DNA of 64,000 bases from contig CM060732.1 of the NCBI GenBank assembly GCA_030704615.1, forward strand, positions 81,654,001 to 81,718,000, given 5' to 3'. The notes under the pieces are model-generated. The model did no database searches, was not told the DNA's origin, and saw nothing but the letters and a program-made list of their open reading frames with translations. This document shows, in pieces, positions 25,001 through 34,807 of the stretch. The DNA is from Takakia lepidozioides. Its lineage: Eukaryota; Plantae; Bryophyta. Positions within the stretch are counted from its first letter, which is position 1. Every line of letters begins with the position of its first letter. Made by a program: the position numbers and the translations under genes.

Positions 25001-25119
25001 ACTGCCACAGCTCCATCAAGTTGATCTCAAAGATTGTTGGCCGAGCAATTGTCGTACGGGATGCTAACCGCTTCCACCACTTTGAAGATGGGGTTTGTTC
25101 TTGTGAGGATTACTGGTGA
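21892..25119 (+). CDS. PLS-class PPR-E1-E2-DYW RNA editing factor (23 PPR motifs), intact ORF; first in-exon ATG at 22042
   Basis: L-S-(P-L-S)x6-P2-L2-S2 with a 303-bp period, E domains, PG box PGRCCIE, HSEKLA, CGDCH and terminal DYW. Confidence 0.97.
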   Translation: MQSRGPDFKHKTTYGSLWIHSYKKPALVDGQLEAAAAAAAAQLIKLGTSTMTTACERGPRVHNASSGTSGHVRMLCEAGSLKEALQTLNQGGISADSDTYVGLLHNCIKMKSLEAGKNVHAHIIQSGFKPNVFLHNTLVNMYVKCRSIMDAHQVFNRMPQRSLITWNIMMAGFTKHGCDRKALEIYEQMIQEGVKPNHITFVCVCKACARLGTLEKGKEVHGDIVRAGIIPDVILNTTLVDMYAKCGCIEDAKGVFDNMAERNVVSWSAMIAGYAHEGRGMEALETYEQMMQEGVKPNHITFVGVCNACASLAALEKGKEVHGDIVRAGIVPNVILNNTLVDMYAKCGCIEDAKGVFQNMVEQDVGSWNAMIAGYEKLGRGMEALETYEKMVREGVKPNHITFVCVCSSCASLAALGKGKEVHGDIVKAGIVPDVVLNTALMNMYAKCGSIEDAKGVFDNMAERNVVSWSAMIAGYAHEGRGIEALEMYEQMVREGVKPNHITFVCVCNACASLAALESGKKVHGDIVKAGIVPDVILNSTLVDMYAKCGSIEDAKGVFDNMAERNVVSWSALIAGYAQQGHGVEALEAYEQMVQEGVKPNHITFVCVCNACASLAALEKGKEVHGDIVKAGIVPNVILSNSLVDMYAKCGSIEDAKGVFDHMAERDVVSWNAMIAGYAQQGCGMEALETYEQMMREGVEPNHITFVCICNACASLAALEKGKEVHGAIVKAGIVPNVILNSTLVDMYAKCGCIEDAKGVFDNMVERNVVSWSAMIAGYARQGCGMEALETYEQMVWEGVKPDSITFMCVLSACSHVGLLYEGRRYFDSLSQDHGVTPTVKHFGCMVDLLGRAGRLDEAEDLIDKMPIKPDAVVWKALLGACRIHGNVEMAERAATSILKWDELDAATYVLLSNIYATAGRWEDSAKVRKMMIVRGVRKEPGRCCIEVGTRVHTFVVDDQLHPKIKEIHAELRRLSGQMKETGHVPDTRFVLHDVGEEQKEFSFCHHSEKLAIGFGLISTAPRTPLLLIKTLRVCGDCHSSIKLISKIVGRAIVVRDANRFHHFEDGVCSCEDYW

Positions 25120-27851
25120 AATGTTTTCTGGAAAGGTGCGAGTGTCTGGCTTCATTCATTAATCAGTGTAGCTACTCAGTTGATCCACCATTTCCTGAGA
25201 ATATTGACCATGATGTACTGTTGAGGGTATTTCCTGTGGCATATCCACAGGAAATGATGGTGGGCTCTACCCAGCATAGGTGGGAAGTCTACCCATAATT
25301 GCACTTGACTGGAGCAGGTAATGAGTGAAGGTGGAAATTTTGACTGACTCTGGTGTGCGTGGTGGGGCTGAGCTTCTTCAAAGCTCGGAGATGGAAGTGA
25401 ATACAATTAGTGGTGCAGCACTGTGCACAATGTTTTTTTCAGCATCTTAAATCTGGACATGTTTGTATCTCTCTTGTGGCGGTGCTTCAGATAGAGACCT
25501 TGACTAGTGTGTATGTGTCAGTTTAACCCACCAAGATCCAATCCCATGGTGGCCACTTGAAAGTTCACCTAGTGATTGGAATGGTATTTGGGTATTCTGT
25601 TGTTGATTGATGCGGCATGAATTGGATTTGTAGTTGTCTATAGTTCAAGACCAGATTTGGGATTATTGTATTGTATAGCAAACAATTGTGCATAGTTTCT
25701 TGCAACTATTGGCGATACGGCTAGTGTTCCAGGAAGGAGGTGCCAATTGCTGGCGTGACTCTTCGTTAAGATTTGGGAAAGTAGCATGCAGATAGGATCA
25801 ATAGGTTGAGAACTGTCTGGATTCTCAATTTATCGTTCACTTTTCACCCTAAATACTAGGAATAGAATCAGTGATGACACGGTTTGCTAGTTCACGCAAC
25901 CCATGTCAAGAAAGCACGATGTCAACGAGGAGTGGGGATGGAAGAGGTGACAAACACATTGATGCAGGCCTAACTCAAATGGATGTGGTAATCCAAGTCG
26001 TCCGAAGAGTTGTGGTAAAGAGAGTGGCAGACATCGGGAAAGATGGAATCACTACTGCGTTTTGAGGGGGTAACGTTTCCTGTCCTTCCCCGAGCACATT
26101 CTGAAGCAACTCCTTCCCGGGAGGAATTAGTGACGCCCTAGACATCGCCTGTATTCGAAGCGACCTCTTTGCTATCGCCATACATACCCAACCTGAGACT
26201 TATTGGAAAAAATCTTAAGTCATTTACAGTGACGATCAAGGAGCAAAGCAATCGCTTGTCCTGCGTTTGTAGCCCCGAGAGGCCATCACTCTTTGGAATC
26301 TCTAGAAAAGCAGATGCTCTATACTTTCAACAAACAGACCGTCTCCATCATTGTGCTTCTAACCAAAATCTTCTTTAACAATTGAGGCTAACAAGGTTTG
26401 GAACGCTCTGTGTAGACATTGACAAGAACCCAGACAATGAGGTTGCGCACCACTGAAGGTTTTCAAGCCACCTGGGGACAAGGAGTTCATGAGCCCGAGG
26501 GAGGCACTCCCGAATCCTCATATGCCACAAATTCTAAGAGTATTTTGGATACAACTGTTGACTCAATTTGGTAGGACCCTGAAGGACGTTCTAAGAGCCT
26601 CAAACACGACTTCTACATATCTCTCTCATCCTTGAAGCTTCTTGTGCCTCTTTTGGCAGCTTGCATGATAACAATGATAAACCAAGCTTTGCCGATTAAA
26701 GTTCAAAGTGAAGCCAAAATAGCTCGAAGCATTTGAGGGTGTTTGAAATCCGAAGGCACTAAACACATGGCTCTTAGAGCTAGAGCAATACTTCCGAGCA
26801 TCCAAATTGAGTGACAAGGACCGCGCGGAAGTGACTTGTTTGAGGGGTACTTATATCCAACAATGGTGGCAAAAGTGCCTTCGGGACTGGGGGTTGACCG
26901 CAGAATCGATGAATTGGAGCTTATAGCCCTCATTGATTCGCGATGGTCAATGTGAGAGTGTTTTGATGGATTTCATAGTTTGGTATCCATTTTGGCACCC
27001 CATTTTTTTCATTGTTTCATTTATGTACTACACTCGGCTAGAGGATACCAACCATATCGATCTACTTCTCAGGCTAGGAGATATAAAGATGGCTTTGGCA
27101 GGCCCACCCCCCAAATAGGGCAGTAGGCGTGAGGCGAAGTGGCTCTTAGTTACGTTGGTTTCGGCCGGAGTCTTCTCTTTCATGGCTTTGGCAACATAAC
27201 CAAATGTATTATCCGGCGACCATCTTATCTATTGCAATCATTCCCACCCACATAAGAGTTTTTGCAATTGTGTTCCATTTTCAACACGACTACCTTGGAG
27301 GTCTTCAGACGTCTTTTAGGGCTAGAGGCTATTTTGGATAGCGCTTACCAATTTCATCTCAAGTTGCGGGTCTTATTAGAGCCGGGTTCCATGGGCAGCT
27401 GCAAGCGCCCGAATCGCCCCCAAGATTCACGAGAGGCGCTATTGGTCGAAATAGCATATTCCCTAAGGGGCGGGCCCACGAATCGCTCCTTGCAAAGAGG
27501 CGCAAAAAAACGTCCCTTCACAACGATCGAATTTTGCGGGCCCTAACAGACACCCTTGTCTTTTCCTCCAGCGGGGCCCGCAGCAGAATTTTATTGATTT
27601 TCATCCAAAGTAACTTAGATTGTAGGAGGGGGAATGATTTTTAACATCTTCATCCAAAATTGACATCAATTGCTACTCCACCTTTCAACTGGAAGGCAGT
27701 AGCCCTTGTGGTGAAGAGACACCATAAGTTACGCTCCGTTGGGGAGGCGTCATACTTTTAATTGCTACTTACTATGTCATGGGCCCTCATAGAATTGGTG
27801 CCAAGATTTCTAGAGGGGTGAATGGAAAGGTCTCCATGGAACCACCCCCTC

Positions 27852-30467
27852 TCATTTTTTAAGGGGCAATTCCCTCCTGCGGGCGCTTGCTTGGGGGGGC
27901 CGTTTGGGAGTGCCAACTTCAATGCAGCGGCGACCTGGCTCCTTTCTAACCCCTCTGACCTTGATTACTTCTCTCACCTTTGTGCTATCGTCCCACCTGC
28001 CAGCTGTGGCATAGATGTTGGATAGCAACACGTAAGTTGCGGTGTCCTGTTCATCCCGCTTGAGAATAGATGTTGCCGCACGTTCAGCCATCTCCACATT
28101 GCCATGGATTCTGCAAGCACCAAGCAAGGCCTTCCACACCATAGCATCTGGTTTCATCGGCATCTTATTAATAAGGTCCTCTGCCTCATCCAATTGACCG
28201 GCACGTCCAAGAAGGTCCACCATGCAGCCAAAGTGCTTTACTGTCGGAGTGACACCATGATCTTGACTGAGGGAATCGAAGAAGTGTCTTCCTTCGTACA
28301 GTAAGCCAACATGGCTGCATGCAGAGAGAGCACATATAAATGTGATACTGTCCGGCTTCAAGCCTTCCTTTTGCATTCCTTCAAATAGTTGCAGGACCTC
28401 CCTATGACAACCATGCTGGGCATATCCTGCCATCATTGCATTCCAGGAAACCGCATCTCGTTCCGCCATATTGTCGAATACTCCCTTTGCATCGTCGATG
28501 CACCCACATTTGGCATACATGTCCACGAGAGTATTGTTCAGAATGACATCTGGTACGATTCCAGCTTTGACGATGTCACCATGGACCTCTTTGGCCTTTT
28601 CCAGGGCTGCCAGGATCGCACACACATTGCAAAGACAAACAAACGTGATGTGGTCAGGCTTCACCCCTTCCCGCAACATTTGCTTATAAGTCTCCAAAGC
28701 CTCCATCCTGAACCCCTGCTGTTTATATCCTGAAATCATTGCGTTCCATGACACCACATCTCGTTCAGCCATATTGTCGAACACTCCCTTTGCATCCTCG
28801 ATGCACCCACATTTGGCATACATGTCTGCGAGGGTATTGTTCAGAAAGACATCTGGTACAACTCCAGCTTTGATGATGTCACCATGGACCTCCCTGCCCT
28901 TTTCCAGGGCTGCCAGGCTCGCACACGCATTGCAAACGCAAACAAATGTGATATGGTTGGGCTTCACCCCTTCCAGCATCATTTGCTCATAGGTCTCCAA
29001 AGCCTCCATCCCGCACCCCTGCTGTGCATATCCTGTAATCATTGTGTTCCAGGAGGCCGCATCTCGTTCAGCCATTTTATCAAACACTCCTGTTGCATCC
29101 TTGATGCACCCACATTTGGCATACATGTCCATGAGGGCATTGCTCAGAATGACATTTGGTACAATTCCACCTGAGACGATGTCACCATGGACCACTCTGC
29201 CCTTTTCCAGGGCTGCCAGGCTTGCACATGCATTCAAAATGAAAACAAACGTGATGGGATCAGGCTTCACCTCTTCCCTCACCATTTGCTCATAGCTCTC
29301 CAAAGCCTCCATCCCCCGCCCCTGCTGTGCATATCCTGCAATCATCGCGTTCCAAGACACCACATCTCGTTCGGCCATATTGTTGAACACTCGTTCTGCA
29401 TCCTGGATGCACCCACATTTGGCATACATGTCCACGAGGGTATTGTTCAGAATGACATTTGGTAGAATTTCAGCTTTGACGATGTCACCATGGACCTCTT
29501 TGCCCTTTTCCAGGGTTGCCAGGTTTGCACAGGAATTGCAAACGCAAACAAATGTAATGTGGTTGGGTTTCACCCCTTCCCTAACCATTTGCTCATAGGT
29601 CTCCAAAGCCTCCATCCCATGCCCATGCTGTGCATATCCTGCGATCATGGCGTTCCAAGACACCACATCTCGTTCAGTCATATTGTCGAACACTCCCTTT
29701 GCATCCTCAATGCACCCGCATTTGGCATACATGTCCACGAGGGTATTGTTCAGCACAACATCTGGTTCAATTCCCGCTTTGATGATGTCACCATGGACCT
29801 CTCGGCCCTTTTCCAGGGCTGCTAGGCTTGCACACGCATTGCAGACAGAAATAAACGTGATGTGGTTGGGCTTCACCCCTTCCCACACCATTTGCTCATA
29901 GGTCTCCAAAGCCTCCATCCCACACCCATGCTGTGCATATCCTGCAATCATCGCGCTCCAAGACACCACATTTTGTTCAGTAATTATGTGGAACACTCCC
30001 TTTGCATCCTCAATGCACCCACATTTGGCATACATGTCCACCAGGGTACTATTCAGAATGACATCTGGTACAATTCCAGCTTTGACAATGTCCCCATGGA
30101 CTTCCTTGCCCTTATCCAGGGCTCCCAGGCTCGCACACACCTTGCAAACGCAAACAAACGTGATGTGGTCGGGCTTCACCCCTTCCCTCATCATTTGCTC
30201 ATAGGTCTCCAAAGCCTCCATCCCGCGCCCCTGCCGTGCATAAGCTGTGATCATCGCAGTCCAAGACACCACATCTCGTTCAGCCATATTGTCCAACACT
30301 CCCTTTGCATCCTCAATGCTCCCACATCTCGCATACATGTTCATCAGAGCAGTGTTTAGAACAACATCTGGTACAATTCCAGCTTTGACAATGTCACCAT
30401 GGTTGAGGTGCCTGATTTTATCAACAGTGCTGCCGCTGCTGCTGCTTCCAGTTGACCATCTACCCAT
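27852..30467 (-). CDS. PLS-class PPR paralog 2, with a 5' internal deletion and the DYW domain truncated just after the PG box (E-type remnant or pseudogene)
   Basis: An 871-aa open frame of PLS triplets plus E1/E2. Homology ends at GRRCIEVGT (about 27910). Confidence 0.85.
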   Translation of the reverse strand: MGRWSTGSSSSGSTVDKIRHLNHGDIVKAGIVPDVVLNTALMNMYARCGSIEDAKGVLDNMAERDVVSWTAMITAYARQGRGMEALETYEQMMREGVKPDHITFVCVCKVCASLGALDKGKEVHGDIVKAGIVPDVILNSTLVDMYAKCGCIEDAKGVFHIITEQNVVSWSAMIAGYAQHGCGMEALETYEQMVWEGVKPNHITFISVCNACASLAALEKGREVHGDIIKAGIEPDVVLNNTLVDMYAKCGCIEDAKGVFDNMTERDVVSWNAMIAGYAQHGHGMEALETYEQMVREGVKPNHITFVCVCNSCANLATLEKGKEVHGDIVKAEILPNVILNNTLVDMYAKCGCIQDAERVFNNMAERDVVSWNAMIAGYAQQGRGMEALESYEQMVREEVKPDPITFVFILNACASLAALEKGRVVHGDIVSGGIVPNVILSNALMDMYAKCGCIKDATGVFDKMAERDAASWNTMITGYAQQGCGMEALETYEQMMLEGVKPNHITFVCVCNACASLAALEKGREVHGDIIKAGVVPDVFLNNTLADMYAKCGCIEDAKGVFDNMAERDVVSWNAMISGYKQQGFRMEALETYKQMLREGVKPDHITFVCLCNVCAILAALEKAKEVHGDIVKAGIVPDVILNNTLVDMYAKCGCIDDAKGVFDNMAERDAVSWNAMMAGYAQHGCHREVLQLFEGMQKEGLKPDSITFICALSACSHVGLLYEGRHFFDSLSQDHGVTPTVKHFGCMVDLLGRAGQLDEAEDLINKMPMKPDAMVWKALLGACRIHGNVEMAERAATSILKRDEQDTATYVLLSNIYATAGRWDDSTKVREVIKVRGVRKEPGRRCIEVGTPKRPPQASARRRELPLKK

Positions 30468-32340
30468 GCAGGTTTGTTGTAGCTATGGGAATCATACGTA
30501 GTCTTGTGCTTGAAATCCGGCCCTCTTGGATGAATCTGGACCCACACTCTATCCCTGCTCCTTCAGCTATCCCTGCCTCTGCACAACTCATGCATACATC
30601 CTCGCCTTGCTGCTAGCAGCTGACAAAGACAGAGGAGCAGACGCAATTCAGCATAGGAACTAGTGTATGATGAGTAGGGCTGGGGTGTCTGCTAGAACAA
30701 CTCTCTTTATTTCAGGTCCTTCATCTCGGATACTAACAAGATCTGCCCAATCTGTCATGCAGGATCCATCTATTCGATTGAGCACTGCCTCGTCCAGTGC
30801 CTGCTGGTGGCTTGAATATGGGGGAAAGTTATCAGGTTCTCTTCCAAAATGGAATTCTCATACCCTGTCTCCCAATCCGTCCTTGCTTCTACTTAATTTA
30901 CATTTCAACACCCTTGGAGCAATTGACCAGTATGGGCTCATTATACTCTGCGTGCACACCCTCTTGCAGATTTGGAAGTGTGATTCGGATTCATTGAAGG
31001 ATTCGGATTGTTTCAGATTCGGATGTTACTTTGTCTAACACGCATTCACCTTTTTGCCTTGATTGTCCCACTGTTGACTGGGGTTGGAGAAATATTCCTT
31101 CCAAAGCTTCTCTTCATCTCTTTAATCTGCTTTTGGATACTTTCCTGTTGCCACAATAGCAGTAACATGTCAAAATCAATCCAGACCATCATAGATCACC
31201 CAACAAGCTAACTTGCAGGTTTCAACATGAAAAATCAGGGTGACTCTAGAAAAAGCGAAAAACAGGCTGATATGTGTTGAACAAGTTGCCTTCATTAGCA
31301 GTGCCTGTTTTATCAATTGCGGCACCGCCGCTGCTTCCAGATGACCATCTACCCATGCAGGTTTCTTGTAGCTATCAATCCACAGGGAATCATAGATTAT
31401 CATGTGCTTGAAATCCGGCCCTCTTGGATGAATCTGGACCCACACTCCTTCAGCTATCCCTGCCTCTGCACAAGTCAAGCATGCATCCTTGCCTTGCCGC
31501 TAGCGGCTGACAATGACAGCCTACATTTGTTCTAGCAAACACCCCAATTCCTATGCCGAATTGCATCTGCTTCTCTCTTACCAGGCATTCACCTTTTTGC
31601 CTTGATTGTCCCACCATTGACTGGGGTCTGAAAAATATTCCTTCCAAAGCCTCTCCGCGCCTCTGTTATCTGTGTTTGGATATTTTCCTGTTGCCACATT
31701 GGCAGTCACATGTCAAAATCAAGCCCAACCACCATAGATCCACCAAACGAGCTAACTTGGAGAATTCAACACGAAAAACTAGGGACGACTCTGATAAGAG
31801 GGCGAAACAGCCTGAAATGTGGTGAAGAAGAATGTGCCCTCACCACTTTGTCCTTGACCTTGAGTCATGGCAGCTAGCTTTTCTTTCAACCATGGAGGAT
31901 TCAACCGACCATCAACCCAAAAGGACCTCTTGTGCGTGCTGCTTGTGTATGTAGTCAGGTGAACTCGGATTGGTCTGTGAGGACAACCACCACGGTACAG
32001 CTGAGCAGCCATAGATTTTAACTCGCCTCCTAAGACCTAAGACCAAGGACCTTGTAAACACCAAGAAAAATACCAAATCATGGTACTAACAGGAAGAACC
32101 CACATTTGCAGGATGGACAACACCTTGCGATTGCGTTTGTCCCGCCATTGAGAAGGATCGTCGTGCCAGCTCTGCTCCATGCTATACAGTAGACCTTTGT
32201 GCCCCAAAATCCGACAGCATCAACATTTTGACAAGTTCCCTTCTGGAGGAACTTCAGTGCTCTTTCAACACAATTGATGGAAGTCACTTTGGGCTCCATT
32301 GGACTTGACACAATGAGTAACACTCGAACATGTCCAAACT
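30405..32340 (-). pseudogene. PDF-motif exon array upstream of PPR paralog 2 (about 2.5 units)
   Basis: Reverse-complement copies of the exons: IHPRGPDFKHKTTYDS, IHPRGPDFKHMIIYDSLWIDSYKKPAWVDGHL, WxxxFSxPSQ(W/Q)WDN and NPPWLKEKL. Confidence 0.8.
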
Positions 32341-32739
32341 TATACATATGCTAAACCAGCTTATGTCTGTAGTCGGGAGATTTTTGAAGTGGTCTGTGAA
32401 AATGACCAGGGGGCAGCTGAGCAGCCACAAGTCTCAACGACACCCCCAAGTGCCCTCAGAGCTTCAACTCCCTCATCCTCTGCTCAACAATCTGCTTCAA
32501 TAAGCTTTCTGAGGGCTTCATAATCCTTATGCTCCTAGCTCCAATTTAAACATAATTGCATTATATTCAAAGAATTTTGAATAGTTTCAAGCCAATTGCG
32601 AGTAGAGGAGAAGAAGAAGCATTTTGTAGTTGAAGTGAATTGTCAACAATTCAATTGAATTGCAGATTAGGGTTGAGCAAAAGATTTTTTTTCCTTTACA
32701 GTTCTAGTGACAACTGAAGGTTCATGCTTGCAGCAATTT

Positions 32740-34807
32740 CTTAATATACGATGTGAAGAATTTTGTCCATCCTGCAAATGTGGGTTCTTCCTGTTAGTAT
32801 CATGATCTGGTATTTTTCCTTGGTGTTTACAAGGTGCTTGGGAGGGTCAGCTTGGTCTTAGGAGGCCGAGTTAAAATCTATGGCTGCTCAGCTGCACCGT
32901 GGTGGTTGTCCTCACAGACCAATCCGAGTTCACCTGACTACAGACACAAGCAGCATGCACAAGAGGTCCTTTTGCGTTGATGGTTGGTTGAATCCTCCAT
33001 GGTTGAAAGAAAAGCTAGCTGCCATGACACAAGGTCAAGGACAAAGTGGTGAGGGCACATTCTTCTTCAACATACTTCAGCCTGTTTGCCCTCTCATCAG
33101 AGTCGTCCCTAATTTTCATGTTGAATTCTCCAAGTTAGCTTGTTGGTGGATCTATGGTGGGTGGGCTTGATTTGACGTGTGACTGCCAATGAGGCAACAG
33201 GAAAATATCCAAAAACAGATAACAGAGATGAGGAGAGGCTTTGGAGGAAATATTTTTCCGACCCCAGTCGATGGTGGGACAATCGAAGGCAAAAAGGTGA
33301 GTTCCTTTTAGATTACAGAGGTTAGCAGACTCAATTCAGCAGAGGAACTAGTGTGTTATGAGGAGGGTGGGGTGTTTGCTAGAGCAGATGTAGGCTGTCA
33401 TTGTCAGCCGCTAGCATCAACGCGCGGATGTATGCATGATTGTGCAGAGGCAGGGATAGCTGAAGGAGCAGGGATAGAGTGTGGGTCCAGATTCATCCAC
33501 GAAGGCCGGATGTTAAGCACAAGATTACCTATGATTCCCTGTTGATCAATAGCTACAAGAAACCTGCAGGTCATCTGGAGGTGGTGGCAGCTGCAGCGGC
33601 GGCGGCACAATTGATAAAACAGGTACTGCTAATGAAGGCACCTTCTTCAACACATTTCAGCGTGTTTTTCCCTCTTATCAGAGTCGTCCCTACTTTTTCA
33701 TGTTGAATTCTGCAAGCTAGCTCGTTGAGTATCTATGATGGTCTGGATTAATTTAGACATGTTACTGCGAATGTGGCAACAGGAAAGTATCCAAAAGCAG
33801 ATTAAAGAGACAAGGAGAAACTTTGGAAGGAATATTTTTCCGAGCCCAGCCAATGGTGGGACAATCGACGCAAACAGGTGAATGCTTGTTAAATTACAGA
33901 GAGAAGCAAACACAATTCAGCATAGGAACTAGTGTGTGATGAGTAGGGCTGGGGTATCTGCTAGAACAAATCTAGGCTGTCATTGTCAGCTGCTAGCAGC
34001 AAGGGGAGGATGTATGCATAAATTTCCCGGGGTGGCAGGGATAGCTTAAGGAGCAGGGATAGAGTGTGGGTCCAGATTCATCCAAGATGGCAGGATGTCA
34101 AGCACATGAAAACCTATGATTCCCTGTGGATCAATGGCTACAAGATACCTGCATGGTTAGGTGGTCATCTGGAAGCGGCGGCGGCGGAGGCAGCAAAATT
34201 GAAAAAATTGGGCACGACTAATGAAGGCACCTTCTTCAACACATTTCAGCCTCTTTTGCCATCATATCAGAGTCTAACCTAATCGTTCAAGTTAAACACT
34301 CCAAGTTAGCTCGTTTGGTGGACCTATCGAGGTTTTGAGTGATTTTGACATATTACTGCCAATGTGACGACAGGAAAGTATCCAAAAACAGATAGCAGAG
34401 ATGAGGAGAAGCTTTGGAATGATTATCTTTCGGACCCCAGTCAATGGTGGGACAATCAAGACAAAAAGGTGAATGCCTGTTAGAATACAGAGAGAAGCAG
34501 ACGCAATTCAGCAGGGGAACTAGTGTGTGATGAGTAGGATTGGGGGTTTGTTAGATCAAATCTAGGCTCTCATTCTCAGCTGGTTGCAGCAAGGCGAGGA
34601 TGTATGCATGATGTGTGCAGAGGCAGGGATGGCTGAAGGATCAGGGATAGAATATGGGTCCAGATTCATCCAAGAGGGCCGGATTTCAAGCACAAGATTA
34701 CCTATGATTCTCTGTGCATCAATAGCTACAAGAAACCTGCATGGGTAGACGATCAACTGGAAGCAGCAGCAGCTGCGGCACAGTTGATAAAATCAGGCAC
34801 CTCAACC
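32740..34807 (+). pseudogene. PDF-motif exon array upstream of PPR paralog 3 (about 3.5 units, period about 590 bp)
   Basis: A-exons at about 33200, 33783 and 34374; B-exons at about 32918, 33491, 34076 and 34664. The last pair is intact: LWNDYLSDPSQWWDNQDKK|IHPRGPDFKHKITYDSLCINSYKKPAWVDDQL. Confidence 0.8.

Noticed and set aside
24700-25119. U-to-C (DYW:KP-type) editing factor
   Set aside because: The PG box, HSE and terminal DYW indicate the conventional C-to-U class.
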